Shown: piece by piece, positions 26,226-38,469 of the stretch | How the letters are laid out: each line of letters begins with the position of its first letter | Numbering within the stretch: the first letter of the stretch is position 1 | NCBI GenBank assembly: GCA_028023455.1 | Contig: JAQFVV010000006.1 | Coordinates: 8,432,001 to 8,496,000 of the forward strand | Source of the DNA: Epiperipatus broadwayi | Lineage: Eukaryota; Animalia; Onychophora | Direction of reading: 5' to 3' | DNA length: 64,000 bases | Made by a program: the position numbers and the translations under genes | The notes under the pieces: generated by a model | What the model saw: the letters and a program-made list of their open reading frames with translations, nothing else | Told to the model about the DNA's origin: nothing | Database searches by the model: none

Positions 26226-26799
26226 ATCTAGATGATTATTCTAATGCCAAAGACTATTATTTATTTTTAAAATTAAGTTGTTGAATATGATCTCTTTAAT
26301 GATTCTTATATTTAGTTGAATACGACGATCATTCTCTCATTTGCAAATGAAATTATTTGTATTAGTTCCTCTCAAACTAAGATACTTCAGATAGAGAGTA
26401 GAGAAACTTTGTACTCTGTGTTTTCCTCAATATCATATTTATCACTATAATATACTAATATATTTTTATTAAAAATAACATTAAAGAAACATGATTCACT
26501 TAAAAAACTTACATTAAAATTTAAAATACTTACATAAAAAAAAAAATTGAATAACAGAATTCACCTTTGCAGACAGTTTCAAATATGTGTCCATGACAAC
26601 TAGTTTCTATTAAATAACTGACCTAATTTTTTATTTTTCCAAAAAAATTTATATATCAAATTACTAAATCAAGATAATGCTGCACTGATCTAAATTCATT
26701 TACCAGCTAATAAAAATTTATTCTACTTATTATTTTGCATTTCTAAGTTTTCATTTGGAAAAATTACTACAAAAAAAAAAAAAACAATATACTATTTTT

Positions 26800-26908
26800 T
26801 TTTCCCCATGTGTCATAGCATCGGCCCGGCGAACCCACAACCGTCTGCAACCAACTATTTGCTAGCAAGGCTGCTGCAATGACCTCTCAGCTAACAACGC
26901 TTGCCTAT
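26800..26908 (-). mobile_element. tRNA-Gly-derived short SINE
   Basis: Reverse complement of the 48.7 kb copy (GCAAGCGTTGTTAGCTGAGAGGTC...GGGTTCGCC...GATGCTATGACACATGGGGAAAA); TSD-like TATACTATT on both sides. Confidence 0.8.
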
Positions 26909-28689
26909 ACTATTATTTTTTACAAGCAAAAATATTAATTTTGAATACTGTGATTGTGTATGCTTGAGAGTACATGGTTATCATTGAAAATGGAAGGCAG
27001 TAAAATTCGTAACCACATTACCAATTGTTTGCAATAGTATTCACTGGACACTGATATTAATGAAGTATATATTAAATATTCATTGTCACTGATCGATTAA
27101 CAGATGGTACTGCTATTAACCCCCGGGGTGTCCTTTCCGGCTTTTCCCTTTATAAATAGGGATTTGGAATTCAAAGCTGGATCCAGTGTAATTACGTATC
27201 TGACAATAACTTTTAAGCCTTTAATTACTATCTAATTAAAAATCTGAAAATTAAAAAAAAAAAACCCTAAGGTTTTGAACTTAGCTAATCTGACTCCAGA
27301 TTAGTAATATATGTAATTGCAAAGCAAAAGTAATTACTTCTCATAAAATTATGTAACGTCAAAATTTATGTAGCATCAAAAACCAATGAAAAGATGCATA
27401 ACTCCGAATAGGTAATTACTTCCGTTTTGCAATTGCAGATATTTTGGGGTTATAATTATTTTTAGTAACCTCCATTTTTTTCCAACTATAAACACTAACA
27501 TATGTTTACAAGCACGATGCCATTTAATTCTTTAGCTTACACAATATAAACAAGAACCCCTTTCTATTCTAGGGTCATCCACAGTAAACTTGAGCAATCA
27601 TTGATCCCAAGATGCTTGGGCAATATATCACCAAATGTTGCCATTGGCTGGAGTTCAAACATCCCACATGTTGAGGAAGAATCAGCCACCACTTAATGGT
27701 TTGTATCATTTGACATTTTAAAGCCTGTTTCCTGACAATTCAATAAAAACATAGGTTTCAAAATTAGAACGACGTAAAAAAAAAAGTTAAGGAGGCCTGT
27801 TTCATTGTGATGGATTGCAATGCCATCAACCGCAAAGGCACATGCTTTTACGATCTCAAAGAAATGGAGTAATTAACCTTTGAACTTTGCATATAATTAC
27901 TTCACTCAGAGCTATGAAGATGATAGCACATCTCTTGAAAGCGCTTGCAGATTAATATAATTTTATTTTGTTTTTAAGTTTAAAAGTAGCTTAGCAGTCA
28001 GGTGCAATAGCGCCTATATTATTTTACAAAATTGAACTAATGCGGTTAAATATCTGATAACTCCATTAAACTCCTTGGCTTAATGTAGAACTTAAAGAAT
28101 CAAATTACATAATGATAAATATTTTGGAAGAAAAAAAATTACCAATACAACCAATAGTTATTAAAATAGGCTATACAGATTTTAAGAGGCCTTGATAACA
28201 TAACTGAATAATAAATTTTAAAGTAATCATGGCTCAATGCATATGTAAACAAAGGGAGTAAATCACCCTCTCCTAGGCTATGACTTAAAAGCAATCTAAA
28301 TGTTGAACAAATGAATCAAGTCTAGAATGAATACACCTATTCTTGGTAGCTCTGATGTTTATAAGCATATCTTCATAAATTGAATAAGAAAATGCATTCT
28401 GGAAAAATTAATTATTGGATAAGAAAATACCTTTTCGTTGTAAAATCTCATGCAACGGACTTTTCAAGACCAGAGGGAAAAAAGATTTAAAACATCATAG
28501 GCAGTTCTTTAAAAGGGTGTATTGTGATTAAAACTAGGGTGAAAAAATGTGTTTACACATTTTAAGAGATGCTATCTATGTATTACTTTTTAAAGTTGAA
28601 TTAAATTAGGGTAACAATGTGTAGTATGACATTCACTCAAAAGATGGCATTAATGAATGAATGCTGGCATAACCATGAGATATGCACAA

Positions 28690-29075
28690 TAATAATAAAA
28701 ATGGTAGCAGCACAAGACTATTTTGAAATGGTATTTGAAATTTGAGAACATTGTGGGAATTCAATCACAAGGAGATATCAATATGTAACAGAATGTCCAA
28801 CACACCTAACAATTACGCACATTCATGATAAGTTTGAGATAGAAGGTACTATAAGTGATGCGCTCAAGAGAAAGTCAAGGAGGCTTTGAACAGCAACAAG
28901 TCTTCCTTCTGCTATGGTATTGGGGCAACTTACAGACTTACTACAGAAATCTAGCAAACAATGTGCATATGAGATAGAAGAGAGAACCAACATACAACAC
29001 ATTAACACAGCAAAATGTAATTTCCAGCCCGATTATTATATGCACTGAACAAAGATTATCCTGATTGATGGACTT
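28690..29075 (+). pseudogene. N-terminal fragment of a Tc1/mariner-like (DUF4817-type HTH) transposase
   Basis: TITHIHDKFEIEGTISD...TATS..SAMVL.Q....QKSSKQCA resembles the 'I.RI.DKFE..GTV.D...SGRPRTAT...SP.KS.RQ' N-terminus I recall for this group. Contains stops. Confidence 0.6.
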
Positions 29076-29447
29076 AGACTATCTAGATAGAACTGTTAAA
29101 TTTTCAATCTGATCACTAGAATTCTCTCACATCCCCCAAACCCTTGAAAAATTGACCTATATAATTATTAATACATGTATTTATTTTTGCAATCAAAAAT
29201 AAATAAATAACAATGTATTTCTTAGTTTCCCACTTGAATAGAACTGCTAAATGATCAATCTAATCACTAGAATGCCCTGAGACGATCCCTCACACCGCGC
29301 ATAATTATTATTACATGCAATTACTTTTAGCATTCAAAAATAAATTACTTAATTAGTTTTCAACCCCCATTTCATCAAAATCAACTTTGAAGAAAAAAAA
29401 TTTTTTTTTAATTTTTAAATATTCCCATATTAAAGATTAAGTAATAC

Positions 29448-30156
29448 ATTGTACCAGTAAACTTGAGGGACCACCTTTAAATGCGACAAAGCAAGTGCAA
29501 ATTTCATACTCATATCTAAAGTAGACAATAATAAAGATGATTGAACCTAAATCCGGTTATATTTCCCATTCCTTCCAAAAATCAACACTAGTATTTTGAA
29601 ATAGTTTTTCTTTTCACTCAGCAATAATTTTTTTTTTTTAATGCATTTTATTCGTTTATCAGGGCACCATGCTAAATGAATCAATTTCCAAAACCAGGAA
29701 CCCTCAATTTACAAAAATATCCTGGCAATTTTGCTCAGTGGTTAAACACAGTCTCTTTATTTAAAACAGTCTCTTTAATTTTTCTCTTAATTCATAAGTG
29801 CTTTTTTATTTAGCAACTTTCATTTCCAAATGGTAATTTTAGCACTTATCAATTATAGCTGTTTCACCATTGCAGGGGATATTTTGTCAATTGAGGGATC
29901 CTGGTTTTTGAAATTGATTCATTTAGCATGGTGCCCTAATAAAAGAATAAAATGCATGTTTTTTTTTGAAATTTAAATTAAATTATTGCTGAGTGGTAAA
30001 AACTATTTCAAAATACTACTGTTGATTTGGGGATGTTATTGGGAAATATAACTTGTTTTAGGTTCAACCATCTCTATTGTTATCTTAGATGTGATTATGA
30101 AATTTCCAATTGTTTAGTTGTATTTAAAGGTGATCCCTCAAGGTTACCAGGACAAT
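29448..30156. mobile_element. MITE with ~290-bp imperfect terminal inverted repeats
   Basis: ATTGTACCAGTAAACTTGAGGGACCACCTTTAAAT... vs ...ATTTAAAGGTGATCCCTCAAGGTTACCAGGACAAT; inner arms AGGGCACCATGCTAAATGAATCAATTTC / GAAATTGATTCATTTAGCATGGTGCCCT. Confidence 0.8.
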
Positions 30157-30352
30157 AACGATATTTATTTCTCTATCCTTCGATTCTCTGAGTAAGAAAT
30201 GGTAACAGTTAATATTCAAAACATTTACATTGCACTAAGCATGCTTTCTGCGGACCATTGCATTACGATTCTGGCAGAGATCTGCAAAAGTTTGAAATAT
30301 TAACTGTAACCTTTTCTTAATACTCGAATATAACGGATTAATAAATAATATA

Positions 30353-30941
30353 AGATGTGATATGTTGGACTATTCCCATCATTTATGAATGAATGTTGAA
30401 TGTATCAAAAATTTTAAAACTTTATTTAAACTTTCCAAATACATCAACTTGTTAGTAATAACACACAAATAGACAATACAGGTTAGTAATTACACAACGT
30501 TTCAAGTAGTATTATTCTCCACTCTTCTTCAGGTGTTGCTGGCCTATATGCACAGTGACAATATTCGCTTAGAAGTTGAACTCGCACCTTTAGATTCTTG
30601 TATATCGAATTTAAGACAGAATATCTCAGTTGGTAGAGCGTTTGCCTTAAATTTGATATACGAGAATCTAAAGGTGCGAGTTCAACTTCTAAGCGAATAT
30701 TGTCACTGTGCATATAGGCCAGCAACACCTGAAGAAGAGTGGAGAATAATACTACCCGAAACGTCAGGCAATTACTAACCTGTATTATCTATTTGTGTGT
30801 TATTACTAACAAGTTGATGTATTTGGAAAGTTTAAACAAAGTTTAAAATTTTCGATACATTCAACATTCGCTCATAGATGATGGAAATAATCCAATATAT
30901 CACATCTTATAATATACCATCATTACAAACCTTCAGACATA
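30353..30941. mobile_element. Family A tRNA-Phe-like head + hammerhead SINE-like element, head-to-head inverted insertion
   Basis: 14-bp TSD TAATAAATAATATA (30339-30352 and 30942-30955). Arms ~30353-30612(-) and ~30614-30941(+). A-box-like TCTCAGTTGGTAGAGCG in the spacer. HHR cores at 30492-30536(-) and 30725-30769(+). Confidence 0.88.
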
Positions 30942-31465
30942 TAATAAATAATATATTGTTTAAGTAAATCGTAACTATTATTAAAATAACACAGTATGGC
31001 AGTCAAAAAATTTAAACATCCTTCCCCAGAGAAAATCAGCCTATAGGTAATCAGATTAGTAGTATTCTTAACTGGATTCTAACTTAGACATATTTTTACC
31101 TGAAGAGCAATTGGAAATTAAAATGACAGAAAAAAATAAATTGGATCTGAAATTGTGAAGATTACGACAAAGTTAACATTCACTCCAATGATTTTAAAAA
31201 TATATGATAGAGTGAATTATTTTCCCTTATTGGATAGTGTGAATAGGAAAAAACTATACAAATAAAAGCAACTCGGATATGAAGTAGCAAAATGATCACA
31301 AAATTAAACAACCTTAACATAGAAAGTATTAATATAGTGAAGAATATTTTAATATACTATTAAATAAGTATTGATTTTTCAAAGACATTGTCAGAAGTGG
31401 ATGAAGGAAGGCTTGTTCTATCAGTATTGTTGTGGAAGTAGAATTACTGATGAATAATATCTTAA

Positions 31466-31699
31466 AACAGGAAAAACTCTCCATACAGTATTGCCACTCA
31501 GTGCAAGCCAGAGTAATCAATGGATGCCAGAAGGTTTATGCATAAAATCCCCATCTAGTGCCTACTCATCCAATATCCCCAGACTAGTTTCTGGTTTGTG
31601 TCCTTCATCAGTGAGTGGCAATACTGCATGGACAGTTTTTCCTGTTTTAATAACAGTTATAAGCAAGCATAAGAAATGGTGATCATGTGATGTTTATTG
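31466..31699. mobile_element. Family C short head-to-head insertion with an intact HHR core
   Basis: 14-bp TSD GAATAATATCTTAA (31452-31465 and 31700-31713). Minus strand CTCA-CTGATGA-AGGACACAAACCA-GAAA-CTAG-TC-TGGG at 31578-31615. The strand switch lies right after stem I. Confidence 0.85.
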
Positions 31700-32132
31700 G
31701 AATAATATCTTAATAGAACTTGTAGTAAGATTGTGAAAACAATACATGTAATGGAGTTCCATGCAACAAATGTAATTGATTTCTGAGGCACATCCATTAA
31801 ATTGTATTTTTTGTTCAACAATCCATGAAAATAAAAATATTTAGAGGTAACCCATTCCAGACTTATAGCTAGAGCAAAGTTACCATCTGCTGCAACTATT
31901 TGAACAAGAAAAATATAGAACAAAATCAAAAATATAAATGTAGAAATTCATATAACTTAATTTACAGTATTTAACATTTCTGTACTGTGTTACACGTGTA
32001 AATTTAAATATTCAATTGTATTATCAATTAAAATTCAATTAGTCCAAATCCTTCCACTCTTTACATTTTATTTTTACAATTAAACATTTATTCTACATCA
32101 TATTTTGATAATCTTTACATTATTTATTATAA

Positions 32133-32434
32133 GTATACTCTTATTCTTCTCCTTTACTTTTTTTGCATTTCTTACATATATATATATCTTATAACAACTC
32201 CCTTCATATACACTTCAATCCAAAAGATTTTTTATAACTTCTTTATTTTCCTGACAGTTTCAACTGTCCTGCAGTCTTCATCAGAGATTCTCAATTTTCT
32301 CTACCTGGCAGTTTCGACTATCCTGCAAACTTTATCAGAGGACAGTCAAAATTATCAAGAAAATAAAGAAGTTATAAAAAATCTTTTGCATTAAAATGTA
32401 TATGAAGGGAGTTGTTATAAGATATATATATATG
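32133..32434. mobile_element. Family F element with two tandem hammerheads plus an inverted partial copy
   Basis: 14-bp TSD ATTATTTATTATAA (32119-32132 and 32435-32448). HHRs at 32250-32287(-) and 32304-32341(-). The plus arm starts inside stem II (GACAGTC...). Confidence 0.85.
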
Positions 32435-33409
32435 ATTATTTATTATAAATATAAGTTTAAAATTAAAGACATCCTAAAAGATCAAATTTGAATATTTGCA
32501 AAAGAAAAGATACAGTACTAAACTAAAAACAAAATAGTAATAATGGCTGCTTTTGTAATGGATCATACATAACCTTACCTATTCCTAAAAATTATTGAAC
32601 AAAATATTTCTTAATTCCATTTTTAAAATAGAATCGAATTTTAGTTGTGATATTGTTAAAGAATAAAAAGATATTTCAAAAATTGAAAATTACACTTATT
32701 AGTATTAAAATTTCATAAAAAGTTTCTTCAGTGGCATTTATGAAAGCAATTCTTTTTAGCCGCTAAAAATACCTTCCGTTTTATCATAATTATGGTTTCT
32801 ATGACTCTTTGTAAAAACAAACATTTTCACGTAAAATCTAATTGAAATTGTGTATACTGAGGGTTTAAAATAAATACTTTAGAAATGTGTTGCATAAATA
32901 AGCTTAAATATATAAATAAATTACTGAAAGTTACAACTTTTCTTTCTAAAATATTATTTTAAAAAAAAAGGATGTTCGGAAAATACTGAGACCAAGTAAT
33001 CCACCAATCAGTGATGCTGTTGCTTCCTTTATATTATAATACAATCTATCTGGGAATATCGGCTTTCTTTGAATTTAAAAATTTGTGAAGTTCTGCATGA
33101 TACTGATATCTTCAGATTTTTTTTTCAACTAATGATTTTAGTTCCAGTTTCTACCACAAAAAATATAAATAGTAAACTTAACATTACAGGTAACTACAAA
33201 ATAACAAAAAAACCAAAGCAGTAGCAGCACTATCATAATGCCCCAAAATACAACAAAATTAACAACAAAGTTGAACCATCTGGAAACAGATTAATAGCTA
33301 ATAAATGTTACACTGACACTATCACCTACAAATTTTCATTTGTTCATATTGTAAAGTATCCATATATTTCACAATTGCTGAGAGTACTTTTTATTTTATC
33401 TTTTAAACC

Positions 33410-33510
33410 ACTTAACATCACATGATCACCATTCTTTATGCTTACACAAGCTGTTTACACAGAGGCTAAACTAAGTGGCACTACTGTATGGAGAGTTTAG
33501 CCTCTGTGTA
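33410..33510. mobile_element. Family C fragment with small inversion
   Basis: AACATCACATGATCACCATTCTTTATGCTTACACAAGCTG...CACAGAGGCTAAACT / AGTTTAGCCTCTGTG. Confidence 0.75.
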
Positions 33511-34064
33511 TTTTATTTTGTAAAAAGGCATTACCAATTAGATATCTTTACTGTTTTCACTGCAAAATAATTTACTAATTTCATTTCCTTGATTTCGACT
33601 AAATCTATATATTATGTAAATAAAATAATATTTTAAAAAAAAACCACATTTACATTGTTAAAAGATTAAATGAAATGGAATTAATTTGGTAAAAAACTTG
33701 AAATGTCTTGCACATGTACATACTACATCAACCACTGATGTTTTCTGTAATATTCATGTTCATTGGTTTAGCTGTTTCATATACAATATTATAGTGAGAA
33801 TTATTTACATTATGTTAGCCATTTAAGCAATTGTGCGCTGATTAAATTTATTACAATTAGAAACAGTGCTAAAAATAAATGTTTATTTACATTATGTTAG
33901 TAAACGAGAAAGATAAACTTTTTTTTATTTCTCAAAATAATTTTGTGGTTTTAATACACATATTTTTATTTCTAATAATAATTAAGCTAAAACATAATTT
34001 AAAATTCCCACACCCTGTATTCAAAGTAATGGTCGTACATGTAAAAAAACAAACTATAGAGTTA

Positions 34065-34160
34065 GTCAAGCGTTGGTGGCCTAGCGGTTGGCATAGCTGC
34101 CTTCCGAGCGGCTGGCCCGGGTTCGCCTCCCGGTCAATGTATTTGAAACATGAAAAAAAA
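34065..34160 (+). mobile_element. tRNA-Gly(TCC)-like SINE copy or tRNA pseudogene (cloverleaf 34070-34141)
   Basis: GCGTTGGTGGCCTAGCGGTTGGCATAGCTGCCTTCCGAGCGGCTGGCCCGGGTTCGCCTCCCGGTCAATGTA closely follows metazoan tRNA-Gly-TCC. The T-loop lacks A58. Ends in an A-run. Confidence 0.8.
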
Positions 34161-35369
34161 AGTAGTTACATTTAGTCATAGTTTGAAAGGTAATGCAATT
34201 ATTTAATATTAATTTAAAATATATTTATTGGGGTAGGGAGGGACTATTACAAATTTGTTAAGTTTAATACATTCTAATACTGCAATTCATAAAGTTATAT
34301 GATATATTAATTAAAGCACATATCATTGACAAAATAAATTATCTCAAATATTTGAACAGAAAGTAATTACATGATGTTTGAGTCAAGAAACTGGAAGGTT
34401 TTAAAAATTGAACTCGATAATTTGAATTACATGTATTAAATTTATAACTAAGGCTTGCAAAATATGTTTATTGTATGACCTGATATTAATTGAACATGAA
34501 AAAATACACATTGCATGCTACACCACTACTTATCTATAACTAAAACAATAAAAGTAGAATGAGAAAATAAAGGATTAAGAGAATGTTAATAAATATTTAA
34601 AAGAATCTATAGAGATGGTTAGGATACAGAAAGGGGGGAGGGCCATAATGGTTAAGCAGACTTTTAACAAGAGTAGTAGATTATTTTAAAATACAAATGT
34701 ATTATATAAAATAAAATATAAAAAAATAAATGTAATGACCAAAAAAAAAAAAGGGAATTCATATTAAGTATAAACCATTAGCAATTGATAAAATTAGCAA
34801 TATAGTACAAATTGCATAACGCAATGTAGTTAACATAAACAACACACATATATATTGAGATCTTTTATGCATGAAAAACTTTGTTTTATTATATAAGAAT
34901 CTGCACAAGTATCCTGTCTTTAAAATAATTATTTTATTTTAGAAATAAATAAATAAAAGAATAACATTTTCTAATACTATGGAGTGGTCATATCCATGTC
35001 ATATCCACTGTCTCAATATTTGCTATTTCTTTTATATGTGTGTCTAAAAAAACTGTATAAAAACAATAAAAATTATTAATTAATTTAAAATATAATTTTA
35101 CTTCCACAACAGCATGGTATGAGTCATTTTCACATTTTGAACTACCTTTTCTAAATCTTGCTCAAATCTTGTATACATATTTAATCATGCTTTTGTAATT
35201 TAAGGGGAATCCATATTGCCTCCCTTTTTTAAAGAAAAAAATTTAAATTTTACTTTGAAATAGTTTCAAATTGTAAAACTAGTGATCATAGCTATTCTGC
35301 CAAACTGGAGAGAATTATTACTTAATGGATAAAATAAAAATTGTTTGTTTTTTCAAATACATATGTATA

Positions 35370-35470
35370 GTCAAGCATTGGTGGTCGAGAGGTCAGCGAT
35401 GGCTGCTTTACAAGCAGTTGTCCCGGGTTAGCAGGTTCGCTTCCTGCCTGATGCTATGGCACATGAGAAA
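35370..35470 (+). mobile_element. tRNA-Gly-derived short SINE
   Basis: GTCAAGCATTGGTGGTCGAGAGGTCAGC...GGTTCGCTTCC...GATGCTATGGCACATGAG; ATATGTATA on both sides. Confidence 0.85.
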
Positions 35471-36999
35471 TATATATATATGTATAATATAAATAAAATG
35501 TCCATTAATTAGAACAAAATTGTAATCATAAAAATAATAGTTTATTACCATTATATTTATTATTTTTATGATATATATATATACATTCTGAATTTGGTCA
35601 TTTGAATAAAAAAATTGAATTATCCATTCATGAAACAATTAAGAGAAAATTGAATTGTTGTTTGTTCTCCTAAAGCAGCAAAAGTTTCAACCACAATGAG
35701 ATATTTTGGGTTAAAACTTAAATGGTGATACGTGCATTGGAAAAATGTTCCAGTAGATAATAGAAAACTTTATGTCTGCGCATGAAGAATCAAAAACCAC
35801 TGATAGGAGTGCTTTTGAACCATTCATGTTAAGAAAATGCAAATGTGTAGATTTAGAAATCAATGCAGACTTTAAAATACGAAAATTAACTGAAGAGCTT
35901 GCCGATACCAAGATTTCTAATATGTCTTTATTAGAATTTAGAAAAACAAATTATAGAAGCAAATGACCCTTTTGACACATTTATGGACTCAGAAAGTCAG
36001 CAGTCTGATACTTCATCATCACCCATTTCCTTAATACCAATGATTTGATAATTTTTAACAGATTTTTTAGTGTGATTGAGAACACATGTATTAATATATG
36101 CATATGTAAAATATGTTCTATCTCAATTAATTATTCCTTTTTATTCTATAAATCCATTTTTCTACTTTTATTAAAATTATTTTTCTTGTTAATCATAATT
36201 TTGTATATGTACTGGAATTTTTTAATTAAATTGTTGTACATAACATGTTATAATATATATATATCTGTATTCTACATATGACCATGTTTTGAAAAGTTTT
36301 CTGTATATATAAGATAACATAATATATACTATTGAAAACATAGTATTGTTTACTATCTCTTAATTTCTTATGCTAATTTCTAGAGATTGTGGAACTAAAT
36401 ATAACGAATACAACAACTACAATATAAAACAGAATAACTACCATATTTTACATTTAAAAAATATCTTTGTAGGCATAATTCCTTCATTCAGTATGATAAT
36501 TTCTTCTTTAATTTTTTATTTATTTATGTAGAGCAGTCCAAAATTGTTAATTAAAAAAAAAAAATTATTCTCTGTTGGATATAGAAGCATTTGGATATTT
36601 GGAAATGGGGTAAAGTATTCATATATTTCATGCAAAATTCTGGTAAAATAGATGGAACTTAAAACTGTGGCCTATGGATTCCTGGAGATCTATGAAGTAA
36701 AAGTCAAGAGTGCATGGGTGAAACTTTTATGTTATCTTATTTGTGAGGCATACATATCTTAACATATATGTATATGGTGGATGAGCACACAAATTTATAA
36801 CAATTAAAAACAACACATGATCAGAGGTTAAATTCCTTCCGCCCAAGATATATATATATTATGATTATATAATGATAGAGAAAAAACTTGTGTGCACATG
36901 GTATGTGTCTGTGTTTGAATCATTATGTACATATATGTCAATGTATTCACAGACACACTTTCTTGAAGATTTGTATTTGCATGGAAATATAACAGGCAT

Positions 37000-37085
37000 T
37001 GTATTCATCATCATTTTCAATCAATCATGATAGATCCACTGCCGAATGAAGGTCTCTCCAAGTTCAAATATTTTTCCATCATCTG
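37000..37085 (-). mobile_element. RTE 3' terminal fragment
   Basis: CCACTGCCGAATGAAGGTCTCTCCAAGTTCAA matches the RTE end seen at 24345. Confidence 0.7.
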
Positions 37086-37476
37086 TCACTGAAATTATTT
37101 TTGGGAGAAATGTTTGTGTTTAAATAAATAGGTTGATTAATATTTGAATAAAAATAGCTTAAGAGAAGAAAAGAAATGCAACAGGATTTCTCTTTTTCTA
37201 TTAATAAAGTTTTTGTGAACGACTTCTTTAATTCAGGCTACAATTAAACATTTTTTTTTATTAGGATAGTAAAAAGTAAGTGTTAATGGAAAATTCTTAT
37301 CTTTCACACACACACACACACACTGGTTATTTGAAAGAAAACTATTTAGGAATCTGTTTCAACACTTAAATGTCTGTTCATTTATTTGGATTTCTAACTG
37401 AATGCAAATTATGTGAGAGAGGGTTGGGTGGGAGTGGTACACTGACTTCTAGGAAATGAAATACAAGAATTATGTA

Positions 37477-37582
37477 GTCTTGCATTGGTGGTCGAGAGGT
37501 CAGCGTGACTGCCTTGCACTTGCAGGCAGTTGCCCGGGTTGCGGGTTTGCGTCCTGGCCGATGCTATGACATTTAAAAAAAA
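37477..37582 (+). mobile_element. tRNA-Gly-derived short SINE
   Basis: Same head; A-run tail; 9-bp TSD AATTATGTA (37468-37476 and 37583-37591). Confidence 0.85.
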
Positions 37583-38469
37583 AATTATGTATTCAACTGT
37601 AAGATAGATGGAAGAATGGGGATGCATGGAGTTTCATGAAATGAAATGCAAGAATAATGTACTCTTTTGTAAGGTAAACTTTCAGTTAGCAGATATATGA
37701 AGAAAGTATTCATTGACTCAGAGTTTTCTAATGAGAACATATACAAAAAACAAAGGCAATAAGTTTATTAATTAAGGATTAGAAACCATGTATCGGTTCA
37801 TTGCTTTGCTTTGAAACACTCACAGGCCTTTTTTGCAATTTTTTCCTTAGTATTTTTTCTTCAGTTGTATTTTTTAGAGAGAGGAAAAAAATATTCAGCA
37901 TAAAATATTTATGCTTTAGATAAGTCTTCTTAAAATACAAACTTTGCTACAATAATAATAATAAACAGTAACAAAGTTATTTAAACAATGAATTTCATTT
38001 TAGCCTTCAGATTTTAAAAAAAAATGCATTTAATGAAAAAAAATGATCTATTATAAAGTCCTTACATTTTAGACAAATTTTATTAAAATTCTACATTCAA
38101 AGAGTGAATTTAATTTTATGAATAAAAAATAAATTTTCTAATTAAAAAAAAAAACACTAAAGAAGAGTTTTAATATTATTGATAGAAAGTATCTCCTTTC
38201 TGGTATCATATAAGTCCTATAAGTTAGTCCCCTAAAAATCAAATGCAGCAGGGCCATAATAATTACTATGTGTATGTCGAATTTAAATATCTATCTACTC
38301 CCTCCCCTTCCCCCCAAAAAAACAGTAAACTAATATAAAATATTGTAAATAATCCAAATTTCTCTATTGTGCAACTCACATGCTTCAACAATATTGATTT
38401 TTTTTTTATATGTCAAATCCATTGACCGGGAAACAAACCTGGGCCAGATAATAACAGACATATTAATAA

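Noticed and set aside
27117-27452. TTAA-CCC piggyBac-like end
   Set aside because: The partner end is not TTAA-flanked and the TIR match is only a few bases.
30483-30778. Two near-identical 81-aa ORFs on opposite strands
   Set aside because: They are a mirror artefact of the family A inverted repeat; the sequence is explained by a tRNA-like head plus hammerhead.
35772-35966. 64-aa ORF MSAHEESK... as a host exon
   Set aside because: In-frame stop just upstream, weak acceptor, no recognised homology.
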